Positions 1-15,300 of a stretch of DNA of 64,000 nucleotides are shown piece after piece (the stretch's first letter is position 1; each line of letters starts with the position of its first letter). A program made the position numbers and the translations under genes. The notes under the pieces are model-generated. The model did no database searches and was not told the DNA's origin. It saw only the letters and a list, made by a program, of their open reading frames with translations. Origin of the DNA: Ascidiella aspersa. Its lineage: Eukaryota. The stretch covers positions 7,688,001 through 7,752,000 of the forward strand of contig OZ004608.1 in assembly GCA_963924565.1 (NCBI GenBank). The letters run 5' to 3'.

Positions 1-367
1 CGCCTAGGTCCTGTGTGTCGAATATCGATTTTCGAAACTGGCCTTAAGACTTGGCGCTTATGCATAAAAAAGGCGTCAGTGCGTGCTTGTGTCCCGGCTC
101 AAGGGCTGCCGAAAGCGCCATCGATTTTGCAATCTCTCGCGCGTCGAAAAAGGCTGCTAGAACCCTGTTATTCCCGAGGGTGATCAACGTATAGGCCCGC
201 GACTTTAACGCCCCAAAGACTTGGCGCCTAATTCACCAGAGAGGTCGTTTTGCAGATGGACGACTCGATTCGTGTTTACTTGTCGTTGCCATCGACTTGT
301 GGCATGTGGCGTGTAGGTTGCCAGACTGCCAGCCTCCGTTACAAGTTGCCACCGCGTTATTATATGG

Positions 368-675
368 CAGTGGTTCTCAACCCGGCTGCCGCGGCACCCT
401 GGGGTGATATTTCTAATGCCCAAGGGTCCGAGAGATATTTGAGAATTTTTAACAATCCGAGATTTGTTCAACTCCTACAACTTTTTATATAGGATTAAAG
501 TGGAACAAATCCAATCATAACTTCCCACGTTGTGCAGAGTTGATCTGTGATGTTCCAGTTTCGTTTATTATGACTTTCTATAGTGAATTACTCACGTAAA
601 AGTGTTGTAGGGGTGCCGCAATCTATTTATTATTTCTAAGGGGTGCCGCAAGCCATGAAAGGTTGAGAACCACTG
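368..675. mobile_element. hAT-type MITE
   Basis: 15-bp TIRs CAGTGGTTCTCAACC / GGTTGAGAACCACTG; near-perfect 8-bp TSD ttatatgg / ttatatag; subterminal GGGGTGCCGC repeats. Confidence 0.9.
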
Positions 676-3600
676 TTATATAGCAAACGTTAGACGCTTT
701 GTGTTTTACATTATAAATGCGTCGCAAGAATCGGAAGCAATTTCACTAATCTCCATTTACATTATATATTTCACGCACAGAAATATCAAAACCCACACTA
801 CGGGTAACAAGCAGGATACTTTGTGTAAATGTTTTTAAACGTTCATTAGGGTTGTGTGGACTTTAAATTATTATCTTTCATGTTCAACTACAACCGAAGT
901 CTGTTATAGTTTAAAATGATCACCGAACTCAAATCAAACTTTCCTTTAATTAAGGAAAACAGAAGGAGTCCGATAAACATAAATTGAACTAGAGTTGCAT
1001 TTTCGCAAATCACAACGATGACAAGGCAGTGGGAAAGAATAAGAAATTGCCCAAGCTGTGTTAATCGCGTGAAAAAAATGGAACCTCTTCTAAGAAACGC
1101 CAATCGACCGCAACCCTAAGCGCCGGAAAATACCTAGTTCGGCTTCCAAGCGATAAAGTGCACCTACATTAAATTTCGGGCTGCCGTTTTGACTGACAAC
1201 GCGGTGCTATTTCGCGGTAGCTCTAAGTTTAAATCCGGCGTCTTTACAGCGACGATTACGACCGTCGGTTGCCCGAGGGCTGCATTAATCCAGTGCCGGC
1301 AATTAAAACGAGAAGGATGATCGGCTCGCGTGCTCTAAGGTTGCCGCAACGCGTTGAAAGAACGGCAAACCGACCACGCCGTTTTTGTACGTTTAATCAC
1401 TTAATCCCCAAAAGCAAAAACAAAGGCCTGCCTGGGACGTTTATACGGATCATATATGTACAGGGCGGGAATCTGTACGCGTGTCAAGCACTTAAAATTG
1501 TAAGAGTAGACGCAAATCGGACGAAAATAGTTTTACAAGGGAGGGACCATTTTTCGGTTGCGGACTTTTCCGTAAAACTCGCCTCCAATTCCGAAACCCG
1601 ATCTGATAAATCACAAATCCGGTCCGGCATGATATTGGTAAGATAAGAAGTAGCATAAACAACAAACCAGAAAAGATTTTCAACCTTTTACAAACTCCTA
1701 TTAGTGGGGGGGTAGTAAATTGGGAAGTAAATTGGGATGGACGATAATAAACTACTAGTAAGGGAAATTATCAGTCACCTTATTTTAACTGTTTAAACGA
1801 CAAAGACAAACCTGATGTTGGCTTAATCGGGATGCATTGGTTTTAAAATCGCTTTTCAGGTATAATTTTGAGAAACTGAATTTTGGCAGCAGATGCTAGC
1901 TGATTGTTCAAAACGGGGACGCGGTAAAATAAATACTTAAACTGTAGCACTGTGCGTTGTCGTATTGCCAGTATACAGCCCTGTTTGCAAACGAAGACCA
2001 ATATTATCGATAGACAAGTGATGTGAATCTAGGCAGAGAAAAGTAGCCGTCAACAACAAGCATTCATTAAATCAACAAACATTACTTCTCGTAACAGCAG
2101 CAACAACAACACGCACATATACACAAGAACACGCACGCCTCAAAAACGCGCCGCGAATTCCTTTCGTATTGACGTAGCAGCCGTAAAGCCTTAACGCACT
2201 GCTGCTCGGTTGTCAACACAGCAGATAGGCAAGCGCTTTGACCAAAGGAACACCGGCCTTACAGCAGCCTCCCTTTGGCAACTTGTAAGGACACGCAAAA
2301 GCCGTGTCGAGTGTGTAGTGATCCAATCCAGCCCAGGAATGCCTTAACATGGTCGACTGGTAAACGTTCCATAGCATGGCAATGCATACAGCTTGATGGT
2401 CCATATGAAATGGATGTGATACCAACTAAAATCGCATTAACAACCATATGTGATAGTCCATACAGCCAACTGGTGAACGTATAAACCTTTGAAATCACTC
2501 TTATGAAGCACACGTTTGACTCGGTATGCTTAAAATAGGAATAGTTCTTTTCCGAGTAAAACAACTTCTGATTCTGATCAACCTAAACAACTGAAAGTAT
2601 TTGAAGCCGAAAACCCATTTTTATAGACACAAGTCTACGAAAATACCTGTGTATAACATGCGAATTGCACACTGATGCAGAACTGTACACAGTCTTACTG
2701 TGAGGGCAATTCTTTCCCAAGTTATCGTCTAAACACCGTTATTAACCTTAGATAATAACCGGTATTATCCCGAAGTAACTGAAGCGTAGGCCTACAGCCC
2801 GTCTATTTATAAAAACAACAAATACGACACATCTGTAGTTGTTGTAGTCGTAATCGTAACGTTAAAAACATCATAGGGTAACATTTTATTAAGAAAGAAT
2901 AACGTAACTAAAGCCCGTGATAGTATATAGACGTTTAGAGTTCAAATAAATTTTAAGCCCCAATACCGGACCCACTATAGCCGTTAGCATTGTTGTTTGG
3001 GTTACGTTTGATCTATTGTATTTCGGATTCCTTAACGCCTTTTATTGAAATTCTTCAAATTTCGGATCAAACAAGTCTTTAAAACGTGGGAAGCCGGCAC
3101 ATGTGCCTTATAACTCGGGTACGTTCGGATCCTACTCCAACCAAGTCTTTTAAGGACCGCTTGTTTGTACTTTGGCTGAACAAACAGCGCGATTAACTGG
3201 CGGCCCTCTAGTTTTCCGCACGACTTGTGTATTTTACACCTGAAAATCGCATAACGCTGAAACGCTTACCAACTTACCGAAACCTAAGGGAACTGTTACA
3301 ACGGAATTACTGGGAGACATGGCTAGAAATACATTAAACCTGGATGGTATTGTTTCGTCAATTCATGCAATACGTCACAATTAAATGTATGTTAAATATA
3401 CACTGTTGCCTGCCAGGCATAATATTATAAATCAATCATCTGTTTGATTGCTATTTCACGAATGTTACCAACTTATTTTATTTAGGTGATGGGCAACTCT
3501 TTATTTACAGTTAACCTATTGCTGGAAAAGAGGTAAAATTAAAAGCACATGAATGTAAGTTTTGCACGGTACAGTGCTTAACAGGCCAGGTTACATAGTA

Positions 3601-3688
3601 ACAAAGAAACACAAAGGCGTGGTCCAGTCTTAACACACCCTTGTGTTTTTTTCGCAGCTTGATAATGAAAACTGTACCAATGTTTCAC

Positions 3689-3831
3689 AACATAATCGAC
3701 ATTGTAAGAATATCAGAGCCCATACAGAAGTAGGTATCATTTTGAAGATTTCGAAACGTTCAAAATGCTACCTACATCTGTATGGGGTTAATATTCTTAC
3801 TACTTCTTACTAAAACCTCCACCATTATGCT
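3689..3831. mobile_element. Palindromic (fold-back) MITE, CATACAGAAGTAGGTATCATTTT family
   Basis: Long inverted arms gtaagaatat..catacagaagtaggtatcattttgaa / ttcaaaatgctacctacatctgtatg..atattcttac. At least 8 copies or half-copies in the window. Confidence 0.85.
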
Positions 3832-6288
3832 TTAAAATAATCGTCATTCCTACTGGAAATTATTACGCGTACAAACCCTTTTGAGGCGAGGTCTTTGGTT
3901 CCAGGCCGAAAAACTTCTTAATATTCCAGCTTCGAGGCATTGCCTGCTACAGTTGGTCGATAAGTCACGTACTTTTCGCGCTTAATACACGCCAGGTGGT
4001 CAATCGTTAACGTTCACAATTACATCATGACTTGGCTCGGCGTTTCTTGACTGAACAGAGGGACTTTTGTATTTGGTTTAACAGGCAAGTCAACAAAATG
4101 TTCACTATTTTCTTTAGCCCTTAATCTTAGCCTGTGGAATAGTTTCTGTATTCAGACAAAACGCCTTGAAATGAATGTCTATACAAAGCAATAGGAATCA
4201 TTGGGTAAACAAATACATAAGCTTTCGTTGTAAAACACACGCGTAAATCACACGATATTACCTACTTCCAAATGAAAAGCGGAAAATTTGGATAGCGTGG
4301 GGTAAATAACATCCCACATTAAAAAACTTCGGAATTCCTCACTCGAAAAGGTATAACGGCTGTGTTGAAATTCAGTTGTAAATTGCATAGCTACATTCCA
4401 GGTGATTAAGCTACCTTAATACTGTCTCAAACTAGTTTTGACAATCAAACTAGTGTGATAAATTTATATCCATTAATTTCGCGAAATATGCATGTTTAGA
4501 AATACCGCATGAGAAAACAGTACAGTGGTGTTGTTTTCTATTCAAAGCTATCTTATACTGACCAAGGCATTAAACCAGCGCTGTAGGCGAAAAGTTAAAC
4601 CGCGCATTTAAAACGCGGCTGAGTGTAGCATTACACCTTCGTCGTGGTTGTCCGGCCGTACACAGGGTTTCGCAACGCTCCACTAAGCCTCTAATTTCCT
4701 GCCTCACGGAATTCGCCAAACAACTGCTAAGAGCTGAGAGATTTAAAAACTGCTGAACTTCCTACTAACTGCTGCTGTTTCTGTAGCTAAAAAAGTGGGA
4801 TTTTTCGCTAACTGGGTGTCGTAAGGCTGCGAACACACAAACTACCGGCGGGAAGTTAGCAGTTTGCCTGTTTTGAACGCACTTCGATCGTTTTGTGAAG
4901 CGTCAGCCTTGCCAGCAGCGTACAAGAGCCTCCGAACAGCGCGCTATGTCAACAAACTGGACCGAAAAACGAAGAACGGCGCTCTCGATTAGGGCCGCCA
5001 TTGGACTGGGCAGAGTGTTTAACAGGGCCACTTTGAAATCCGACGGGAACCTTTTTTAGCCACTACTTTTGTTTCAAATTTCAACGAAAAAGTTAAAATA
5101 GGTGATTTTATTTTTTGTACATCATTTACATGCATTTTTAGTGACAAATGTAAATAAAGCCTTTAAAGCAGGTAAAAGCGTCCAGTTTAAAAAGCAGATG
5201 GGAACCGAGTTTGTCAGCGTTTTTCTTCCAAATTACAACCGATTAGTAATTTTTTCGACCATTTTTTGGCATTTCTAGCGACAAATGGCCTAAAGCCCCA
5301 AACGGACGTCAAAAAAGCCCATGAAGTAGCCCTGAATGCGGGCCGATCACTTTCGCCTAAGACCTAAGTAAAGGCATTTTCCCTTTTCGGAGTAAGCCCT
5401 TGGTGAGTCGGTTTTGTTATGAAGGGTTGCCTAGTTGAAGAGCGCAGCTTGTTGACTTTCGAAGGCAGCAAGGGCCATTTCATTTTGAAAGCCGCCACCG
5501 CCGCAATAACTTCGCCTTGATTGAAAATCCAAACCAAAGGACTTCTCTTTTTCGGGTACTCAGGCCTTTATTAATCGCCCGAAAAACCGCGATCTGTCAT
5601 AATAGGGCTGCGTTCGACAGGGCACTACACTGTGTCGACTAGGGTTTAACATAATAAAAAATACAAATAACGCGAATAAAAGTTTAAAACAAAATACAAA
5701 TATGGTTTGAAGCACAATGTCTAATTCATTTTTTTTTTTAATTTACGCCATTTAAAGTTTTTAATTTACGCCATTCAACATATATATTTTCCGTATGTAA
5801 TGTAACGTAGCCGAACTAATTTCAGACCTCTCTAAAGTGTTACATAAAACAAAACAAAACTTGATCTATCGGGCAGTCGAGTATCTGTATCCAAGCCCCT
5901 CGGATTTTGTTAAAAATTTGTTTTAAGCGTGCATCATCGTCCAAATTTCTAAACTATGTGAACGTGGGGAGTGTAAAGAGAAACTACCCGAGCTACACAT
6001 TAGTCACGAAACAGTTTAGTAAACAACCCTTCAAAGAACGACTTGCCCACTTGATTGAACTAACGCCAATGTTTACTTACAACTGGTGACCTATGATTTC
6101 TAGAAGTTTCTTATAATTTATTCTTTTAAAAGTCGACTTTACGTTTTGTTTATAAACACGATAATATCAAACCAATGTCTTCTTGTGCGAATAAATGTCC
6201 GACTCTACCAAAGTAATTAGTTTTCGCTACACTAACATCTTGTAAACAAAATAGGTCTAAATCTGTTAAGAAATCTCTACGTTTTTAA

Positions 6289-6310
6289 ATATATATATAT
6301 ATATATATAT
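6289..6310. repeat. (AT)n microsatellite
   Basis: About 11 AT units. Confidence 0.9.
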
Positions 6311-9300
6311 CTGTTTCATAAGTATTTGATTACTTGCTTGTAAATATTTAAGACATTCACATATTTCAGGCATTGTTAACTAATTGCTTGCAAAGCTAAA
6401 ATCTCAGCATCACAGTTTCAACACACTGGCATAATAGCAATCCTACGCTAAAATTTGAACTGCAAATTTAGAAATTCGAGCTGCAAATTTAAAAGGCTGA
6501 CAGTGTTAAGCAAAGTTGTTCATTTCTACCTCCAAAATCTCAAAAAACTTTATCCGGCTGCTACTTTCTCAGCAAGAAGTCCGACCAAACTGACCAGCGC
6601 TGTTAGTCCACCTTCCGGCACAAAACACTGCCGCGATCTCATTCAAGAAAATCAAATAATTCTCGCGCGGTCGCAAATAGCCCAGGACCGAATTGCTGCC
6701 TTTCAAACGCGAGAATAAAAGTACGGATTGCAGGCAAAAGCCCTGGGGCTACTACTGCTATGTGCGCAGCGTGTGTCGACGCTAATAGGAGCCGCTAGCT
6801 TTTCCAAAACGACGCTCTTTTTCTGGCCACTGACACTCTGACCAAATTTTTCAGGCGTTCGACAGCAAACCTGTTAATATTTACATCTGCTGTTTCAGTG
6901 TTACGTCATAATGTTTCAGTCCACGGCCTATTTGTAAGGTTAACTGATTTAATAACATCATTTCAGTCTTGTCTGACTGAAAATAAGGTAAAAGTAACAG
7001 GAAAACCGGTTTTCTGACCTAAATCAAGGTAAAAATGACAAGATAGCAGCTTAAAAAGGGGCCTGGCTTCAAAAACGGCCTCGTAACCTAAAAGCGAAAC
7101 CCTCCTTTACATTGTGTTTCCCAGCAGGCAGCAACTTTAGATCTTGTGCGAAAGGCAATAAAAGGGACAAAAACACAGCTTTCCTAGCGCGTCGCTAATG
7201 GAAGGATGGTCGGGCTGTTTGCCAGTAATCCACCATTACGCCAAATCTCTGGGTCGGAATTGTACGGTAGCAGTTGGCAGAGCTTGGTAAAATTGCAGTG
7301 TCGCGGTGGTTAGGCTGGTAAATGGGGCCTGGCCATGGAACTTCTATTATACTGTCTCCCTTTCTGTCTACATTCTAACTCCGAAAGTTAGACAATTAAA
7401 AAGTCTAACAACACCGAATGTCGTACTGCACTACTAAAAACGGTATTTACTTACACATTCGCCTAGTCATTCATGTGTTTTTCTTCTGTATTCCCTAATA
7501 ATACTTGGATTGTCTGTAGCAGTGTTAAGGCTAAATTGCATCAAATGACAAGTTCATACAGGCCTGACAAACTAAAATTGGATAGGCATTCTCGAGTAGC
7601 CATAAAAAAAATTCACCATGTAATTGTGCTATGTAAAGACATTTTCTGTAGTAATAAAACGAATCACAACTGTAATTTTTTTAAGCAAAACGACTTTTGT
7701 GCAGACCTCTTTTAGTCTATCAATTGAAATATTTACTCCTGCAAATTTACAACGTTCTTCTTATTATTTTTACTCCCTTAAACTTACAATCTAAGATCTA
7801 CCCATAAAAGCAAAGTGTTGCCTGTCAATATTAAGCCTCACATCAAAACAAATCTGTCTAATTTAGATCGACTGCCTTCAATTAGTTCTAATCTAAAGTT
7901 GTTAGCGCCAGTTCAATTTCAATTGACGATAATCATGATTGGCATATGCAGTCAAACCAAAACCTAAAACAGAAATTTTTACTGGAAAATCGCCCCTAAT
8001 GCTTTTACCCATTGCTAGTTTGACTTAAAAGGTGCGTATCACAATTGCTCAACTACGCTACTACTACTGCACTTGTAACTAGCCTGACAACCAAGCAAAG
8101 CGCCATTGACGGACGAATTCCAAAGCAGGTCCTGATAGCGCCTTTCGGCCTTTTGTCTGAGGCGAGAACCAGTTGTAAGTTGCGCGCTCGAATGACCAGA
8201 AACAATTCGCTCGCTGGCCCGAATACTAACGCATCGTAACTGCTCGATAATCTGGTATGCCGCCTTTTGTGTTTTAAATCTTAATCCCGATCGAAGCCTG
8301 TGGGAACTGAGTGGGCAAGCAATGGCGAATACCTACTTCTGAAAAGCCAATACATCTGGTAGTGAACTTAGTCTGCCAATCAGTTTTAAATAGGACGCGT
8401 GTAATAGAGTGTGCTTTTCAATGTGAATGTGACAATGAACTTCAACGTGACTTTCAGTTTTTATATAAAGGTTTGGAACATTCAGGCCATAAACATAAAC
8501 AGTGGTAAATTATGTAAAATAGAAAACAATTTTAACATTTACCGACAAAATCAATAAATGCCTATGTGTTGCCTATGTATGTAAGTTAGGATTTAATGTC
8601 TAAAATTTGAAAAAAGGGAAACTATATCTTGTAAATTAAGGTTTTTGCTGATTTTACTAACCTTTATCAAACATTTCCAAGAGGTAGGCTACCTTACTGT
8701 ATTTTATTTTTAACAACAAAAGTGGGTTAAGCCTGTGCCTGACGACATTCAATCCTGTGTCTGACAAATCAATAAAACTTATCACTGCAACAAATTTGCT
8801 AAACAATTTTTTAAAACCATTAACCACGAGTTTCTAACTAGCATTTTTCCATTCACATCACTTCTGTCACAATTCAGCCGTTCGCAGCTCAAAGCACACT
8901 GGAGAAATAATCTTAATTCCACACTCTTGGGATTTGCTTCGATATTTTGTCGACGGACAAAGGGCGAGTCGCCGGCCTTGGCGTTGGCTCCGCCTGGAAA
9001 TACATTGGCCCGTCGGGACAGATTTAGCGACGAATCGATAAGCGTGTCAAAACTAAACTCAAAATCTCTTTGATGTCTGGAAGGGGACACACACGACCTA
9101 GACATTGGCTTGCAGACGTTTTAGTCGCCAAATCCACATAATAATACGGTTTTGAAAAAGACGAGGTCTTAAACTGTGGCTAATAACCCCTTTGGGGTAA
9201 TTTGACACTTCAAGGGGATAATTTTGTCGAATATTTAAGTGATGCTATTTTGCTTAGCCTTCCCATTGTTTAAATATTTAATGCAGATTTCAATGGAAAT

Positions 9301-12300
9301 CATTTCGTCTTTTTTGTGTTATTTTGTCATGAACTAAGGAAAACTTTGAAACACTATTTGCAGAAAACGGTTAGAGGTTTAAATTCAGAAGTTTGTTACA
9401 AGGGAAAACGATACTAAAAAGTTTTGGAAACTTTGATTTGGACGTTTTACAGTATTTCCCTGACTCTGGCTGCTATGTCTAGTATTGGAAACGCCGTTTC
9501 CATATGTTGAAGCTGCCCACCAGCTCGTTTCTGTCTTTGAACACCCTTTGTAACGTAGTTTCATGCAAACAATAAGCGTCAACATCACGCCTTAATTTGA
9601 CGCGTTCGCGGCTCTTTATCAGCTAAAAAGGCCATGTCTGCCTAAGACACGATCAAAGCAAACCAATTTGTTACGGTGGTGCTTTAGATTTCCATCAATA
9701 GATATCACTGAATACTTAAAAATAAATTAATCAACCTGACAACTATTATAAACTGCTATTGGGACTACACTAACTTAAACAGAATATAAAGACGTAAAAA
9801 AAAGAAAGACGTAAATTAATAACACCTTCATACTTTTATTATCTTTTCCTTCGGTAAGTTCTTTAACCATATTTACGGTAAAATAGAAGTGTAATCTTAC
9901 TTGAAAAAGTTTACTTTTTGCAACACACGCTAATAAGAGTAACTTAATAATTTTATCTTGATTTTCCTTTTAAGAACAAAAACAGATCCTTAGTTCAGCG
10001 TTCCTAGATATATCAGCTCCCTTTTTCAAGTTCGCAGACCTAAACACGCCGACCAAACAAGCAGTCTGAGCAACCATATAATCCATCTTATCTGACCTCG
10101 ACAGTTCGCCAACGAGGCAGAAGTGATTGCGATATAGGGAGGCCAAAGACCAGACACTCAGAGTGAGATTCTATTCCTATGGAACTAGCAGTAGCAGCCA
10201 ACAGCACAAGACGACATAGACCTGTATTCCGCCAACTCCTTTTGAGAGGATAGCGAAGTTCACCACACAGCTGTACAATAGGCCGCTCTTAAACCCAACT
10301 AATCTTCCAAAGTGCTTGTTTCCGTCTTTTAAACCCTCCCTAGCTCATCCATTCCACCTCTGGGAAAGTTTAAATGCCCGCTTTCAAAAGCGACCGACTG
10401 TATTTCAATTAAGGATGGGAAACTGGGAATCAGGCCACTTTTAAAAAATGCCAAGCATGCTGGCCGAAGTTAGACTCAGGCACAGCTCAGGCAAAGAAGC
10501 AGTAGCTCTATGTGCTTGCGGCTTCGGGCCCTTTTAGCTTTTCGAGGGGCTCAATTGCGCCATTCAAAGCGAAGGCGAATGCTGGCGGGCCGACGCGCCT
10601 CGCCGCCCCACAATGGGATCTTCGGCTCTTGCGTCCCTTTGTGACGACATAGATTAGTCTCCGCCCGCCACTCCACGACGAGTTCGCGTCATAAAAGCGC
10701 CAGAAGTACGAGTGCTTGGGGAAGTGGAAGGATTATTATTATTATGCCATATACGAGGCTGCTGCTGTATGCTGTAGCGGTAGCCTGCAGTAGTATATTG
10801 CACAGCAGCGGCTTAAAACCGTTTTAGAGTCGTTACTTCAGAAAATAAACTAACGTACTTTAATTGCACCTTTATTACAAAGTATAAAGGTATAGCCTTC
10901 ATTATTTTGACGGGTAAAAAACTTTCGAATAACCGTGTAATTTGCATTCAAATAAAGGTTTAAAATAACACCATTTAAAGGCTAGACAATACTTTCTTTA
11001 AGAGGTCAAATATAACATACCATATAATTGTCAAAATTACGGTTAAAATGTTAAATTAACCTTTTGGGAGTTACTACCCACAGGTTAAGGACACTGTTAA
11101 TATATAGTGTACACTCTGGCTTTGCTACATCGCTTTGATTAGACCTTATTCACACGATTCGGCATACAAGGCGTTTGATCAAACACCTTTAGTCCGCGAT
11201 TGTTTTTGTTTGAATTCGCTGCTTGTGACGTTTCCCCCATTGTTAAAAAACAATTGTTGCTTTGACGATGACGTTGACGCCGGTACGCGTTTAAAAGTGT
11301 CGCGCGTAAATAAAGAAGTCGGTTTTCGCAGTGATTTGGAGCTTTTCTGTGTGACGTAACACATCTTTGTCTTCCATGTTTAAAGTAAATAGAACAGCAT
11401 CGTGACATTGTGTCAGAAACACCGTCGTTCTTTTTACATTTAAAGCTTATAACAAGTATACAGGAAAAAACTGTTGAACCGTGACTTTGGGGTTATGTTT
11501 GAAATGACCTTAAGTTTATAATTAAACCTATACCATTGTGCATGAAAGTATATAGCTTCTACTGACAAAAGACATTTTTTTCTCCTTGAAAATTTTAATG
11601 TTCCATTAGAAATGCCTTTTATCAGATGTCAAGACCAGCTCTTGCACCTTTTTCTTAAATAATTTCCGCTTGTAATATACATTTTATAAAAGGTAAATCG
11701 GCAGATGCCATATTGCAATACCTACTCAAAAATTCCAACTTTCTTTACTATAAAAAAAACACCCAAAACCACCAGTATTTTCATAAGCTAAAAATAAACC
11801 GTAGCCGTCTTACCTTGTGCGTAGTCTTCGTTTCTTGTGATGACTTCCATTTTGTTTGAGTCCTTGTTAAATCCCTTGTAGATACTCCATTGAGCGAATG
11901 TTTGGCAAAAATAGTAAAATCAATTTCCCTATACAATATTTGGCTTGCACAGATTGCACTATAACCTGGGAGAAACAAAGCAACGCAAGATTGATTTACA
12001 TATATGTAGCTCTAGGGTGCTTATATAAATTGGATAAGCTATTAAAGTTTAATACACAGGATAAAGCCATTTGAACGGCCTACAAGCAACTTTCTTTATT
12101 TTGCCTTAATTTTTAGGCTAGGGTACTTTATACGGCGGTGTGGTCCAATACGAACAGAGAGCGTTTTTTTACGTGAGTTCTTACAACAATCTAATTACAG
12201 TGAAAAACACACTAAATAAGCTAAAGTTTAGACTAGTAGAGTGTGCCAAACGCAAAATCTTTTAACGACAATTAATCGTTTGTGACATAACCATCAAAAT

Positions 12301-15300
12301 TGACAAATATGTATTTATAAAAACAGGCCAACTGTCTGAACAACTAGCAACCTATATCTCTACAAACTCTCTTTTAAAACTGGTCAAACTCTCGCACAAA
12401 GCTACAACTAGCAAAACAACAAAATAATTCAGCAACGCAAGTTCATCTAAAAAATCCTTCGAGTCTGCCTGCTTTGTTTTAATGCGATTTAGCGCGCGGC
12501 AAAGAAAAATAAACACGTTTTCGTCGCGCCGCGGATCCGATGTTATTCTAGCGGGCGACCTTCCCTCAAAACAGCGAGTCTTTTCCAAAAACAAACGACT
12601 GCTTGGTTTAAAAAAAACGAACCTTTTGCGCGCCTACGAGCCTATTTGAGCCAAAACGAAGCGTATAGTTTTGCATTCTCGGAATGCAGAATAGAAGAAG
12701 CAGGCCGGCCGAGCGTGTAAAAACACCTTTCCTCGCGCCAAGAGAGGGGCTCGTCTTCAAAGAGGCGCGACGGGCCTTTAACTTAGAACAGTAGAATGTC
12801 GAGCGGTGACGCCCCATTGCGTCGCGTCGCTTTTTTTTTTGAGCGAGGAAAATGCGGTTGCGCCAGACTTGGACGACTTAAAAACTGTGCTTGACAAAAT
12901 CGGCGATTTCTGGCTTAAACTTCCGCAACTGAAATACTGCTATTTTAAGTAAAATGGCTTTTGTGCTCCTATTTTCATTCCTGTCCTAATTTCAAACTTA
13001 GCGAAAAAGACAATCTTTTTTCAATGGAGTTTTTACTTTCTGGGAGCTTTAAGCCAAAATTGCCGAAACGCAGAAAATCGTTTTCAAAGCCAGGATTTCC
13101 GCATTCACGTAATTCTATAAACAACCTGCAATGTAATCTGAAATTGGAAGGCAGTCTTCAAATCAAAAAAATAATTTTACCTTTTTAGTTTAATTCTTTA
13201 TTTTCGCGAATCCTCCAATTCAAATTCCAATCTAGTTCGAACAAAAACTAGCCTAAATCTTTTACTCTTATCTGTAAAAAACGGTCTAAAAACTCCTAAT
13301 TGATATAGTCTGCACGCTTTCGCCTCAAAAATAACCGGCAACAAAGAGCAAAAAAAACGTAGTCGGCGACGCGACGGGCCGGGCCTTAGTTCCGCACTGC
13401 TGAAGAAGAGACGCTTTTAGGTTGAGAACAAGACTTCAGGCGAGAAAGCTGCGGCTTCGGCGAAAGGCGTAAACGCGAGGGCGCAAATGACTGTACTTTT
13501 CGCGCCAGGGCGACAAATTGCCAGGCTCGCTTATTGCTTTGGCCGAACGGTAAACGCTGTAAGATAAAAGGAAAGAGCAGTCGCTTGACGTCTCATTTTC
13601 ACCTGAACATGAGCTTTCTATATTGGGGATACATCGGTTGTAAACAACTGTTACGTCTACTCTATATGAATTGTATTTCCATTTCTTTAGATATGCAAAC
13701 CTCAAAACTAAAGCTAGACAGCAAAGGGGCAGAATGATTTTTAACAACAAACTTGAAATTCATCTTACGTACGCTATACACGAATCTGTAATGTAGCTTG
13801 ATAATAATGGATCTTAAAGCCAAAACGGTCGAGTAAATCGACATCATCTTGATAAAGACATTTCGATACGTACTAGTATCATATTCAGTTAATGTGGCTG
13901 AAATATATCCCAACATCACTTGTAAAAGTTGGAACGCAATTCCGATCAATTTCTCACTGGGATTTAGGTTTCTTAAGGTTTGTGTTCAAAGTGTTCGGGC
14001 CAATGCAGCTTTTATTGTCGTTAGAAAGGCAGCCACACATACCACTCCTGTATCAAATACAATGGTGAAACCGTTGGGCTAATTGAGTAATACCGCAAAT
14101 ATAACGCTATAAAAGCCATACAAAAACCTTTAGGCGACACGTCTGGACTTTACCTCAAGCCTCAACAGTAAAGTTCAATTTTTGTACATTAAGCCACAGT
14201 CTCAAGTTTCATATATGTCTTGGACAAGGCATCTCAATTCTCAAATTTGTTTTATGATGTATCTGACATCTGTCGCTTTTCATGCACCCATACACATACG
14301 CACTCATTTCGAAGTTATGCGTTTATCTCAGACAAATCAATACCTGTAGATTCAAACAAATACCTATAGTTTCAAATGGTCTTTGGCTGCTTAAACAAAT
14401 TAACACAATTTATAGTATAACATCATCATATTAGGCAGTGTAGTGAATACATTTTAAAAAGTAGTTTGCAAATCGCAAAAAGACCTTCAAAGCTGAAATT
14501 TTGGAAGTAGTATACATAACTTTCATACAACTTGTAACAGAAGAAACCTTATTTAACTTTCTTCTACACCAGCTATATTTTGCGCTAAACGCTTGTCCTA
14601 AACAGCAACTCTCACAAAAAAAGACTGGCACACAAAAAAAAACTGTACCTGCGAGCACGAGTTAGCCCATTGACGGTCTAACCTTCCCAGAAGAGCTGCG
14701 CACTCGTCCAAACCTATACTGACGTAAAGGACAAAAAACATTTAGCTGCGACACTGGATACCGTCCAATGGCCTCCATTCTATTGTCCGCTGTTTCTACT
14801 CCAAACCACGTGAGGTCCTTACCTGAGCAGGATATCCACAGCTATAAACCGCAATCAAAACAAGTTTCAAGCGCTCCAAGGGAACTTCTCTTTTTATAGT
14901 CCGGGGCCCGAGAGAGTCTATTTTATACGGATAAAGCGGAATTATTCGTATAAAGCCGAAAGTATTTTTAACACATAACAAAGCACAACCTGTAGGAATA
15001 TACGGTTTCATTAGGTTTGGAACAGTTGTCGCACCTTGAAACAGTTGTTGCACCCCTTGGGCGTGCGAGCACCCCTGATTAAGAAACCTGGCCTAGAATA
15101 ACTGGTCTGACGTTTTTTAAAAAAAAACATATTTGTGGGTTAGTTTTATTCTTTTATCTGTACACATTTGTCTATTATTGTTATAAAATAACCTTAACAA
15201 ATAATAAAACCATCACTCTGCCAACAGCACACGCCGCCAATGTCAACTTGTTGTACCACAAAAGCAGCAAACGATCTGAGCTGCTTGCCCTTTTTCGTCC

